Shown here: piece by piece, positions 20,001 to 28,095 of the stretch | Position numbering within the stretch: position 1 is the stretch's first letter | Layout: each line of letters starts with the position of its first letter | From: Planctomycetota bacterium | GTDB lineage: Bacteria; Planctomycetota; Phycisphaerae; Phycisphaerales; UBA5793 | Direction of reading: 5' to 3' | Length of the DNA stretch: 64,000 nt | Assembly: GCA_013112555.1 (NCBI GenBank) | Contig: JABFGK010000001.1 | Coordinates: forward strand, 2,729,574-2,793,573 | The notes under the pieces: generated by a model | What the model saw: only the letters and a program-made list of their open reading frames with translations | The model's database searches: none | Told to the model about the DNA's origin: nothing | Made by a program: the position numbers and the translations under genes

Positions 20001-23000
20001 AGCACCCGACGTATGAGCCGGAGCATTTTGCGCCCGACCCGCACATGCTTGATGCCTTGCTCATTGAGTTGCAGGCGGCCAAGGTGTCAGATCGCATTGC
20101 CCGTGAAACGATCGCCGAGATGACGACTGACGAGAAGCAGATGGAACTGGGCCGACAGATGATCCAGTTCCACGGGTGTTTCGGCTGTCACCAGGTTCCC
20201 GGTTTTGAATCCGGTGCTGCCGTCTCGGCCCCGCTGACCGAGTGGGGACGTCGCGACCCGCACAAACTCGACTTCGGGTACTTCGATCACGTGTATGAGT
20301 CGAGCCGCCCGCCGATCAGCGAAGCCTGGACGACGTTCCGCGAGGGCACCTTTGAGGATGCGATCAAACTGACGGAACACTCCATCGGTGAGACAGGCAT
20401 CTCGAAGAAGCAGATCCCGTGGGAGCATGTCCATATCACGCGGCGCGGCTACCTTGAAGCGAAACTTCATAACTCGCGCATCTTCGATCGCAATCGGCTC
20501 GGCCGCGAAGGCGCGATGACCGATGACGGTCGGATCATTTACACCGATCTCCAGACTCGCCGCAAGCAGTTGGTGAAACGGGATGGGAAGTATGTGGATG
20601 TCGAGACCGGGAGCGATTCCGGGCTCACGGGCCGCGAGGTCGAGATCTATGACGTCGGCAAGCCGTATGAGAAGTTGCGCATGCCTCGGTTCTTCATGCC
20701 GGCTTCGGACACCGAGGCCCTGGTGACCTTTGTCACGAGCCTGAAGCCGCCGCTTGTCAGTGAGCAGGTTCAAAACGTGACGGATGAGTTCGGGGTGATG
20801 CAGGCACACGGCCGCATGATGGCTCACGCCTATAACTGCATGGCATGTCACAACATTCAGCAGAATGACCCGCACATCCAGCAGTATTACCAGGTGCGTG
20901 ATGACGACGGTGATCTCCGGGTCAGCGACACGATGGAGAACCTGACCAATGCGCCGCCGCGGCTCATCGGCAACGGTGCCAAAACGCAGCATGACTGGTT
21001 CTACAAGTTCCTGAATGACGTGGTGATGTTGCGCCCGTGGCTTGAAGTGCGAATGCCGAGTTTCAACCTTGAGCCGCAGCACACGCAGTATCTGGTGGAC
21101 TATGTGGCCGGCCAGACCACGAAGGATGGGCGTCTGCTCACCGAGGCGCTGGCACCGATCAATGCGACGCTGTGGCCGTTGTTCAATGACTCCTATGACC
21201 AGGCGTATCAACAGGCCCTGAAGGACGGCAACCGGGAATCACAGGCCGACACACTGGCCACGGCTGCCGCATACGAGGCCGTCGGCCTGGTGCTCATGCA
21301 GGACAATCACAAGGCACATCGCCGACTGCTGGCCGAGTTGGCTGCCGATCTGAAGCTGTACCCGCCGAACCAGTTGCCCAATCGCGAAATGGACGACGAG
21401 GAACTGACACTGAAGTACGGCCAGCTGTTTTATGATCTGGTGTACTTGCGTGATACCTATGCCTCGGTGAACTATCCGTTCCGGCAACCGCCGGTGGTGG
21501 AGATGTCGGAACTCGACTTCCGTCGTGGCGAACGGTTCATCAAGGACGAGGCCAAGTGCTTCCAGTGTCACGCCTTCGGCGACTATCCGAAACTGGAGCA
21601 GATCTTTGACATTGAACAGGCCGAACTCGCAGCCATGATGGGTGATGTCGGCGGCGATGCGTTCGATGCCGATTACGAGGACGACTACACCGACGAATAC
21701 GGCGAGGAGGACCCATACGGCGACCCGGAGGAGGACCCGTATGGAGAACAGGAGGAGGCTGATCCATACGGCGTCGAGGACCAGGACCCGTATGGCGAGG
21801 AAGCAGATCCCTACGGTGCCGAAGAAGAGGACCCCTATGGCGGGGACGGTGGGGATGACGGCTATGGCGACGCACCGCCCGAGCCGGCCAAGCCGACGTT
21901 GTATGACAACATCTCAGCCCCGAACCTCGCGCTGGTCCCAAGTCGGCTCCAACGTGATTACATCCAGCAATGGCTGGGGCGGCCGGCGACCATCATGCCG
22001 GGCACGAAGATGCCATCGCACTGGGGGACGCTCGGCCTGATCAGCCACTTTGCGACCCGAATGCCGGCCGAGCAGATCCAGAAAGACGCCACCTACGGGC
22101 GGACCGTCGAGGATCAGGTCCAACTCGTGATCAACTGGCTGACGGTCGCTGCCGACCGTGGCTATACCGTCGGCGAATACAAACTCGATATTGAGCAGAC
22201 AGCCCGACAACTGGCCGGCGATGACGAGGAGGAGTTTGCACGGATCAAGGCCCGACTGACCGAGGCGTATGACGCCCAGTTGGCTGATCTGGATGCGAGG
22301 ATTGAGCAGGAAGCCCAGGCCACGATTGAGCAATGGGAGGCTGAGGGCACCGGGCCGGCCACCGGCGATCCGCAGGCAGCCGCCCAGCCGGCCGCTCCCC
22401 CGGTCATCATCCCATCGGCCGGTGGACCGCCCATGACGGCCGACGAGGCTGAAACGGACCGCGATACGAAGGTCCAGGAAGCCGTGGCTGCTGCTGAGTC
22501 GCAGGCCGCCGTCGGACCCGATGCAACCGGCCGCATTGCCGGCTTCGTCCTGTTTACCGGTGAGCCGGCCAGGCCGAAGCGCATCGCTGCCAATGCCGAG
22601 TGTCGGGCCATTGCCAAAGATCGTGACATCCAACTGGTCGAACAGGAAGTCATCATCAATCGCAACGGCACTCTTGCCAACGTGTTGCTGTACCTGGAAG
22701 AATCACCGGACGATGCAGCCGAGGACTTTGAAGTGCCCACGGACCCGGTCATGATCGATCAGGTCGGCTGTATGTACTTCCCCCATGTGATTTCCGTCAC
22801 GACCGGGCAAAGCGCACAGTTCCGCAACAGCGATCCGCTGGCACACAATCTGAACCTGAGCCCCGAGGAGAACCCGAGTTTCAACGTGAGCCAGCCGGCA
22901 ACCGGTATGGTTCATGCCGTCACCTTCCGCAAGCCGGAGATCGGGATGAAACTCAAGTGCGACATCCATAACTGGATGAGTGCCTACGTCCATGTGTTTG

Positions 23001-23170
23001 ATCACCCCTTCCACAACGTGACCAACACGGACGGCGTGTTCGTGATCGACGGCCTGCCGGCCGGGACGTATGACCTGAAGGTCCATCACGAGAAGTTCGG
23101 GACGAAGACAGTGCCGGTGACGGTCACAGCCGGCGAAACGACACCGTTGGAGGTTGAAGTCGGGAGTTGA
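17084..23170 (+). CDS. Giant (about 2030-2050 aa) membrane-anchored multi-domain c-type cytochrome with acidic DPYG repeats and a C-terminal carboxypeptidase-regulatory-like beta-sandwich domain
   Basis: N-terminal TM (MHVAFAISAVVLALSTVLAVF), then a coiled-coil-like region. Eight CXXCH sites (CMSCH, CTSCH, CTRCH, CIDCH, CTACH, CFGCH, CMACH, CFQCH), each followed at a distance by MP-type motifs (TRMPHIW, TRMPNMRLS, RMPRFFMP, VRMPSF, TIMPGTKMP) typical of class I cytochrome c Met ligands. Seven tandem acidic-run + DPYG repeats. C-terminal VFVIDGLPAGTYDLKVHHEKFGTKTVPVTVTAGETTPLEV. The ORF track begins at 17009; an ATG at 17084 (preceded by GAGGTG) or 17114 is more plausible. Confidence 0.8.
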   Translation: MPVTTKTFYNMPRMHVAFAISAVVLALSTVLAVFDDWHTEYRRPQLEARVWEAAFSNAGYQLALAHATQADLDEALAQVAETTQRIRSSQEYIALADELADITKRHGLLAQELGLFTTGNIAPVDQRIEKYRIRVESGMATNSDRQRLAALEAELAGYIETKRVGENELKQMEIRIEQIKEQIRVLEEPIEALKQRTAEIESDLEKTEARRQELNPGLVGQVGQFVRDMPLADWANPSIKPRQQLVDNVLTDVNLAQVNTLDRCMSCHYNIDKDAFTFENTITFLERQVANDRGQQVLQMGSVQPVVMVDFWERAIESVNESIYVRNNAPVSTMEQARETARDDYNSLLRKADPAHPIRTAFGEHVTAGGREVAEGTYPRVESTDDLHVVFGLVQTVRADDWAVWYRPLTDYTDVLKETLTATLDKKDRRALDDSYRHMLIAAYNRDPHERGRKRLSTSRELLAHPDLGRYAHPDSTHPIVQMGCTSCHGGSGEETQFVHTAHVPSDIWVDDDSGMLVPEFLVKRTGERTDISRFIRSQNQQHDDALQAGATAGPAIVNVSLQQHDDGAADDAPTAAAHGEAAGHGDSTTTIHADHLYADSAIVKDPIGPYEPIHGDTAAYLDPASGQYRRAVKQKQQWEQDYGWHEVAHHIWEFPMHELRFIESSCTRCHEQILDIEQHAPVLSRGRLLFTENGCIDCHPADQLGSPLRTEPGQPDVVQVGPNLSHVNQKLDEDMIASWVLAPKAFRPNTRMPHIWLSENGSSPIDIRRSRTEVGAIAHYLSNAPYDTNKPPYDPEPVPADLNGSPQAGRELFKTVGCTACHANVNEYGLEWVTLDIMERFGLDKDGAYERMAEDASALDTIESITEIPDDNTGFFELDSSGNPTTRIRPDQYTRLQWYLMAYERDRFTRFGPELSSVGTKLLHNRTEEQATDWLYDWVRNPSHYSWYTRMPNMRLSEQEAMDLTSYLLTQKHPTYEPEHFAPDPHMLDALLIELQAAKVSDRIARETIAEMTTDEKQMELGRQMIQFHGCFGCHQVPGFESGAAVSAPLTEWGRRDPHKLDFGYFDHVYESSRPPISEAWTTFREGTFEDAIKLTEHSIGETGISKKQIPWEHVHITRRGYLEAKLHNSRIFDRNRLGREGAMTDDGRIIYTDLQTRRKQLVKRDGKYVDVETGSDSGLTGREVEIYDVGKPYEKLRMPRFFMPASDTEALVTFVTSLKPPLVSEQVQNVTDEFGVMQAHGRMMAHAYNCMACHNIQQNDPHIQQYYQVRDDDGDLRVSDTMENLTNAPPRLIGNGAKTQHDWFYKFLNDVVMLRPWLEVRMPSFNLEPQHTQYLVDYVAGQTTKDGRLLTEALAPINATLWPLFNDSYDQAYQQALKDGNRESQADTLATAAAYEAVGLVLMQDNHKAHRRLLAELAADLKLYPPNQLPNREMDDEELTLKYGQLFYDLVYLRDTYASVNYPFRQPPVVEMSELDFRRGERFIKDEAKCFQCHAFGDYPKLEQIFDIEQAELAAMMGDVGGDAFDADYEDDYTDEYGEEDPYGDPEEDPYGEQEEADPYGVEDQDPYGEEADPYGAEEEDPYGGDGGDDGYGDAPPEPAKPTLYDNISAPNLALVPSRLQRDYIQQWLGRPATIMPGTKMPSHWGTLGLISHFATRMPAEQIQKDATYGRTVEDQVQLVINWLTVAADRGYTVGEYKLDIEQTARQLAGDDEEEFARIKARLTEAYDAQLADLDARIEQEAQATIEQWEAEGTGPATGDPQAAAQPAAPPVIIPSAGGPPMTADEAETDRDTKVQEAVAAAESQAAVGPDATGRIAGFVLFTGEPARPKRIAANAECRAIAKDRDIQLVEQEVIINRNGTLANVLLYLEESPDDAAEDFEVPTDPVMIDQVGCMYFPHVISVTTGQSAQFRNSDPLAHNLNLSPEENPSFNVSQPATGMVHAVTFRKPEIGMKLKCDIHNWMSAYVHVFDHPFHNVTNTDGVFVIDGLPAGTYDLKVHHEKFGTKTVPVTVTAGETTPLEVEVGS

Positions 23171-23553
23171 ATGGTTGAGTGAGCGCCCGTGAGTCGTTGG
23201 ATCGACGAGCCGCGCGCGCGTGTGAGCAAGCGGTGGCATGGGCGTCTCATCGGATCGACGAGCCGCGCGCGTGAGCAAGCGGGCCTCCTCGTTTCCCTCG
23301 CGCGTCATTCCTGCGAACGCTGGAATCCATCCTCTCCTCCTCTTCCCCCCGGATCGCCAATCTCCCGATTGGCACTCTTGTTGTTACCGCCACCACCGGT
23401 GGCGGCTTTATGACACGTCTTTGCCGGTGGGCTTTCGCGAGGAACGCTCACCCCACCCTACGTTCCAATGCAAAACCTCATCACTCAAACTTCACGACAA
23501 TCAGCAGCAAGAACCCGCTTACTCACGTGCGCGGCTCGTCGATCCGGTGCCCG

Positions 23554-23596
23554 AAATAGAAAAAGGCGACCCGACTGTGAGAAGTCGAGTCGCCTC
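23554..23596 (-). terminator. Rho-independent terminator downstream of the minus-strand lipoprotein gene
   Basis: On the minus strand: AGGCGACTCGAC-TTCTCACA-GTCGGGTCGCCT hairpin followed by TTTTTCTATTT, starting about 20 nt after the stop at 23617. Confidence 0.6.
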
Positions 23597-23616
23597 TTGT
23601 TTCACATGCACTCTGA

Positions 23617-24096
23617 TCACAGATCAGAGTGGGCTGCTGCCTGAATCAGCCGTTGGGGCACTGCTTGGCAGTCCCTTCCGGGGCACTCGCCGGTCTTGCC
23701 TTCGGGGCATGCCGAGCCGCAGTCGGCCTTGGCGCCGGTCCCATCGCAATGACCCGAAGCACCCTCGACAACACCCGGGCTGGCGCTCTTGGCAGCTTCG
23801 GGGCACTCGCCGGTCTTGCCTTCGGGGCATGCCGAGCCACAGTCGGCCTTGGCACCTTCATCGCAGCAGTCGCCCTTGGCGCCGGTTCCATCGCAATGAC
23901 CCTTGGTGGCACCGTCGACGACGCCCGGGTTGGCGCCCTTCATATTGTCTGCGCACGCATCGGCACACTCAGAGTACTTCTGACAGTGGTCGCACCAGGG
24001 CATCTCGCCCGGGTTCGCGTCTTTCTCGTTCGTACAGCCAGTGATGAGTGCCAGTCCCAATGCGAGGGACGCAAATGCCAGGGTTGCCTTCTTCAT
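23617..24096 (-). CDS. Cys-rich repetitive lipoprotein (putative metal-binding)
   Basis: RBS AAGGAGAT upstream of ATG. MKKATLAFASLALGLALITGC is a lipoprotein signal with lipobox. About 21 Cys in ~135 mature residues. Internal near-perfect protein/DNA repeat (...GHCDGTGAKxDCGSACPEGKTGECP... twice; DNA repeat units near 23640-23725 and 23760-23845). Confidence 0.7.
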   Translation of the reverse strand: MKKATLAFASLALGLALITGCTNEKDANPGEMPWCDHCQKYSECADACADNMKGANPGVVDGATKGHCDGTGAKGDCCDEGAKADCGSACPEGKTGECPEAAKSASPGVVEGASGHCDGTGAKADCGSACPEGKTGECPGRDCQAVPQRLIQAAAHSDL

Positions 24097-24532
24097 TCTG
24101 ATCTCCTTGTCGGTCCGGTAATATACCAGGGTTTGAATACGAAACTGAAAAAACCGTGTCCTGAAGCCAACCGTCGGCTCCCACGGCTGTTGCCACTTCC
24201 TGTTTTCTCTCCGCATCGCGGGCAGAATGCCGTCATGCGATGGGGGTTGTACATGCTGACCTGCGATCAGGTTCGCTCTGTTTAGCAAGATTCGGAACAG
24301 AACTGCTTTGCCAGCCCGAAGATTCCCGGGCTCGGTCGCACACCTGCCGGCCCCAACGCCGTGTCACCGGCGATCGGCCGGAATCCTTCTCCTCTTCCAT
24401 GCTGATTCGCCGCATACAGCCGCAAGGATAACCCCTTGCGACGGCGTGTCTACCGTCGAAAGCCGGCTTCGCTGGATACCACGAGCCGCAAAACAGAATG
24501 AGACTGATTCTCAATACATTGCGGAGAGGGTA

Positions 24533-26578
24533 TCACTGGCGGAGTTGGGCACCCGTTTCCGCTGCCAGGCGCTGGACCACGGTGTCGATCTGCGGGTCGA
24601 CCTCTTCATGCCGGAGTGTTCGCTGTGAATCACGGAATGTCAGTCGCAGTGTGACGCTCTTCCTGCCCGGGCCGATCTGCTTCGGGCTCCGATAGAGGCC
24701 GGCAAACTCAACCGATTCGAGCAGGCTGAGTTCGGACTGTGCAACCACTTCCTCGATCTTGGACCAGGCAACCGGTTCATCGACGACGACCGACAGATCC
24801 CGCTGAATGGCTGGGAAGGTCGACAGTGACAGCAACTGGCCGTGATCGGGGGCGGCTGACAGATACGGCTCAAGGCACAACTCGGCAGCAACCACCTGGG
24901 TCTGCAAGTCGAACTGCTTCTGTACGGCGGGGCTGAGCAGGCCGGCACTGCCGACCACTTCATCATCACCGACCAGGAGGCAGGCCGCCCCTTCCGGTGC
25001 ATACCAGGGCAGGGCAATCGGTCGGATGCGCAGCGGCGGGCCGCCGTGCCCGACTACCGTCCGGATCACCGCATCCAGTACCCCGCGTACTTCGCGCAGC
25101 CCGGCCTGTGGATCGGGGGCATCCATGATGAGGGCCAGGTTCGTCCGCTCGATCTTCTCGCCCTCTCGAATTACATAGCACGCAGCGTGCTCGAACAGCC
25201 GGACATCGCGATTCCCGACATCCTGATTGCGCTTGCGGCAGCGCAGGAGCGACGGGACGATGCTGGGGCGCAGGACGCGTTGTGCCCGCTTCTGATCATC
25301 CGAGATGGAGAGCAGTTCGAAGTCGCCGGGGGGGAGGAATGCCTGGGCATCCGCTTCATTGCTGAAGGAATGGGTGACGACTTCGTGGAAGCCGCTCCCA
25401 GCCAGCACGTGATCGACGCGGCGTGCGTTGACCACTTCGAGTTGCTCCCCGACCACCTCGACTTCCATGCGGAACACCGGTTCGATCCGGTCGAAGCCGT
25501 AGAGCCGAATGACTTCCTCGACGAGATCGACTTCACGGGTCAGATCCAGCCGGTGCCAGGGGATGACGCAGTCGATGGCCTCGGCCCCGTCTTTCAACGC
25601 GACCTCCATCCCGAGGCGGCTCAGCATGTCGAGCATCGTATCGGTCGGAATGTCAACGCCGGCTACCTCGCAGACCTTTGCGGGCCTGAGCGCGACATGG
25701 CACTGCTGAGGCGGGGGTGCTGCTGCGACGACCGAGCCGGCCAGGCAGGTGCCGCCCCCCACTTCCATGATCAGTTGGGCTGCTCGATCGGCTGCATCGG
25801 AGACGGTATTCGGGTGGACCCCGCGCTCGAACCGGTAACTCGAATCGCTGAACAGTTTCAGTTTGCGGCTCGTGGTGCGTACCGACGGCGGGCTGAACGA
25901 AGCGGCTTCGAGGAGGATGTCGGTCGTGGTTTCGCTGATCTCGGTCTCAAGTCCGCCCATGACGCCGGCCACAGCCACGGGCACCTCGGCGTCGGCAATG
26001 ATCAACATGGACGGGTCGAGCGTGAGTTTCGAGCCGTCGATGGCCGTCATCGTCTCGCCTGACCTGGCACAGCGCACGACGATGCGTTGCTCCTTCAACT
26101 TGGCCAGGTCGAACGTGTGGAGCGGCTGACCGAGTTCAAACAGGACGAAGTTGGTGACATCGACCACGTTGTTCACGCTGCGCAGGCCGACGGACTCGAT
26201 CCGTTGCTTCAGCCAGTCCGGGCTGGGGCCGACCTTGACGCCGCGCAGGATTCGAGCGCTGTAGTACGGGCAGAGTTCGAGTTCGTGGTTCTCGACCGAG
26301 GTGACGTCTGCCGCCTGCTCGGCCACCGTGGAGACGGAGCAGTCCGGCAGTTTCAGCGTTCGGCCGGTGGCAGCGGCACATTCTCGAGCCAGGCCGATGA
26401 TGCTGACGCAATCGCCACGGTTCGACGTGATTTCGAGGTCGAGTCGTGCATCCCCGTCGGCCCCCAGTGTCTCAGCCTCTTCGAGGGCAAAGCCGACGGC
26501 CGGCAGAACCTCGGAGAGTTCCTCGGTGGTGGCAGGGCGGTCCAGATACTCGTTGATCCATTTGGTGCTGACATTCAT
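24533..26578 (-). CDS. pheT: Phenylalanine--tRNA ligase beta subunit (short form, lacking the N-terminal OB-fold tRNA-binding domain)
   Basis: MNVSTKWINEYL...SNRGDCVSIIGLARE (B3/4 region), B5 and the C-terminal FDX-ACB-like region (LRLTFRDSQRTLRHEEVD) are present. The ~100-aa tRNA_bind/OB domain present in E. coli-type PheT is absent. The ORF track starts at 26614; the ATG at 26578 is likely. Confidence 0.9.
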   Translation of the reverse strand: MNVSTKWINEYLDRPATTEELSEVLPAVGFALEEAETLGADGDARLDLEITSNRGDCVSIIGLARECAAATGRTLKLPDCSVSTVAEQAADVTSVENHELELCPYYSARILRGVKVGPSPDWLKQRIESVGLRSVNNVVDVTNFVLFELGQPLHTFDLAKLKEQRIVVRCARSGETMTAIDGSKLTLDPSMLIIADAEVPVAVAGVMGGLETEISETTTDILLEAASFSPPSVRTTSRKLKLFSDSSYRFERGVHPNTVSDAADRAAQLIMEVGGGTCLAGSVVAAAPPPQQCHVALRPAKVCEVAGVDIPTDTMLDMLSRLGMEVALKDGAEAIDCVIPWHRLDLTREVDLVEEVIRLYGFDRIEPVFRMEVEVVGEQLEVVNARRVDHVLAGSGFHEVVTHSFSNEADAQAFLPPGDFELLSISDDQKRAQRVLRPSIVPSLLRCRKRNQDVGNRDVRLFEHAACYVIREGEKIERTNLALIMDAPDPQAGLREVRGVLDAVIRTVVGHGGPPLRIRPIALPWYAPEGAACLLVGDDEVVGSAGLLSPAVQKQFDLQTQVVAAELCLEPYLSAAPDHGQLLSLSTFPAIQRDLSVVVDEPVAWSKIEEVVAQSELSLLESVEFAGLYRSPKQIGPGRKSVTLRLTFRDSQRTLRHEEVDPQIDTVVQRLAAETGAQLRQ

Positions 26579-26689
26579 AGTGGCAAGCGTAGGCGGGAAT
26601 CGGGCAGATGGCATCAGGGCCGTCTCAGCACCTTGTCAGGCAGTAGGAATTCATTCCTACTGCATCAGCGGCCCGCTTGTTGATGCGCG

Positions 26690-27271
26690 CGCTGATCGTC
26701 AGAGAGTAGGGGCACATTGCATGTGCCCCGTTGTGGGTACAGATCCTATGTTGCCCTTCGTCCGCCCTCCGGGCGGTGGGTGCGCTCGTGGCACGTCCCT
26801 GTCCGGCGGCTGAAGCCGCCGGCTACGTTCGTGCGCCCTGACGGGCGAGGGAGAGGAGAAGATGGATTCCCGCGCACGCGGGAATGACGAGTGAGGAGGG
26901 CATGCCATGATGCTTGCGCATCATCGTCCCTCCCCTCCCCCCCGGCAGAGCCGGGGCTAACCGGAGCCCGCCTGCTTACGCGCGCTGATCGTCAGAGAGT
27001 AGGGGCACATTGCATGTGCCCCGTTGTGGGTACAGATCCTATGTTGCCCTTCGTCCGCCCTCCGGGCGGTGGGTGCGCTCGTGGCGCGTCCCTGTCCGGC
27101 GGCTGAAGCCGCCGGCTACGTTCGTGCGCCCTGACGGGCGAGGGAGAGGAGAAGATGGATTCCCGCGCACGCGGGAATGACGAGGGCGGAGGGCATGGCA
27201 TGATGCGCGCGCATCATCCCCCCCCCCCCCGGCAGAGCCGGGGGCTCACAGGGGGGGAATTACAAAAGGGG
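26690..27271. repeat. Two tandem copies (about 291-bp unit) of a composite, highly palindromic intergenic repeat
   Basis: Unit 1 about 26690-26980 and unit 2 about 26981-27271 are near-identical. Each contains several perfect hairpin modules: GGGGCACATTGCATGTGCCCC, CCGCCCTCCGGGCGG, CCGGCGGCTGAAGCCGCCGG, TCATTCCCGCGCACGCGGGAATGA and ATGATGCG(C)GCGCATCAT, ending in poly-C/poly-G. The modules recur at 60.55-61.34 kb, with partial copies near 11340-11430 and 23290-23335. Confidence 0.85.
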
Positions 27272-27312
27272 TCGGGAGTCGATTCTGATAGAACCAACTC
27301 GCGACCCCTCTT
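27260..27312 (-). terminator. Possible terminator after rpsI
   Basis: On the minus strand: GAGGGGTCGCGAG...CTCCCGACCCC hairpin followed by TTTTGTAATT, about 25 nt after the rpsI stop. Confidence 0.35.
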
Positions 27313-27334
27313 CGAGCGTTCGTTGCAATACTTC

Positions 27335-28027
27335 TTATCGCTTGGAGAACTGGAACCGCTTGCGGGCACCGGGCTGGCCGGGCTTCTTCCGCTCGACGGC
27401 TCGGGCATCTCGCGTCAGGAAGTTGTTGTCGCGCAGCGTCTGCTCCAGCGAGCAGTCATAGACCTTCAACGCACGAGCAATGCCGAGGCGGATGGCCTGG
27501 GCCTGACCCATATAGCCGCCTCCGTTGACATTCACATGCACGTCCATGCGGCTCTGCGTATTAGTGGCCTGCAGGGGGGCCAGAACATCATTGCGGTCCC
27601 GGTCTTCGCTGAAGTACACTTCGAGATCACGCTTATTGATCTTGAGTTCGCCGTTGCCGGGACGAATGCGGACGCGGGCGACCGCGGTCTTACGCCGGCC
27701 GGTTCCCCACCACCACCCGTTCTTGCGAGCGGCATCGCCCCAGATGTATTCCACCTGCGGCTTTTCGCGTGGTTCGTCAGCCGAGGCGGTGGCTGTGGTT
27801 GATCCCATATCGATGGTGGCCGACCCGAGTGCCCCGCCGTCGGGGCCGAGCCCGCCGCCGTCATCGTCGGTCGGTGCCGGTGCCGGTGTAGCAGCAGCGG
27901 CCGCTGTTTCCTCGGCTGTGGTCTCCGGGGTCGTCTTGTTCTCGTCCGGGGTGGTCGGCTGATTGGTGTCGTTTTCGCTCACTGTCGTTGACCTGCTTCT
28001 ACTAGTCTTCTTGTAGTCTTCTTGCAA
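27335..28027 (-). CDS. rpsI: 30S ribosomal protein S9 with a ~100-aa low-complexity N-terminal extension
   Basis: C-terminal 130 aa = S9 (GTGRRKTAVARVRIRPGNGELKIN...GGGYMGQAQAIRLGIARAL...PGARKRFQFSKR). The N-terminus is T/P/E/A-rich. The ORF-track start at 28027 is TTG; an internal ATG at about 27808 (MGSTTAT...) is an alternative start. Confidence 0.85.
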   Translation of the reverse strand: MQEDYKKTSRSRSTTVSENDTNQPTTPDENKTTPETTAEETAAAAATPAPAPTDDDGGGLGPDGGALGSATIDMGSTTATASADEPREKPQVEYIWGDAARKNGWWWGTGRRKTAVARVRIRPGNGELKINKRDLEVYFSEDRDRNDVLAPLQATNTQSRMDVHVNVNGGGYMGQAQAIRLGIARALKVYDCSLEQTLRDNNFLTRDARAVERKKPGQPGARKRFQFSKR

Positions 28028-28095
28028 TCTCAGTCAGTCAGTATCAGATGCGAGGATCCCGGCCGCACGGTGCCGGGACCGAACCCAAGCCCTTT

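Noticed and set aside
20087-21211. 374-aa minus-strand ORF inside the giant cytochrome gene
   Set aside because: It is antisense to a region with clear CXXCH and MP cytochrome motifs on the plus strand, and its composition (R/H/L-rich) is consistent with a GC-driven open frame.
23238-24044. 268-aa plus-strand ORF (…VIPANAGIHPLL…RRSCLRGMPS…)
   Set aside because: It overlaps the well-supported minus-strand lipoprotein gene and a repeat module. The VIPANAGIH-type peptide is the classic signature of translated REP hairpins, and the rest mirrors the lipoprotein internal repeat.
25046-26062. 338-aa plus-strand ORF antisense to pheT
   Set aside because: pheT on the minus strand is unambiguous; this is a spurious high-GC frame.
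26699-27201. Pairs of near-identical 69-71-aa ORFs on both strands (…SFPRARESIFSSPSPVRAHERSRR… / …RRACHDACASSSLP…)
   Set aside because: They are translations of the tandem palindromic repeat units. Their identity arises from DNA repeat identity, and their Pro/Arg/Ser composition is typical of REP-derived pseudo-ORFs.
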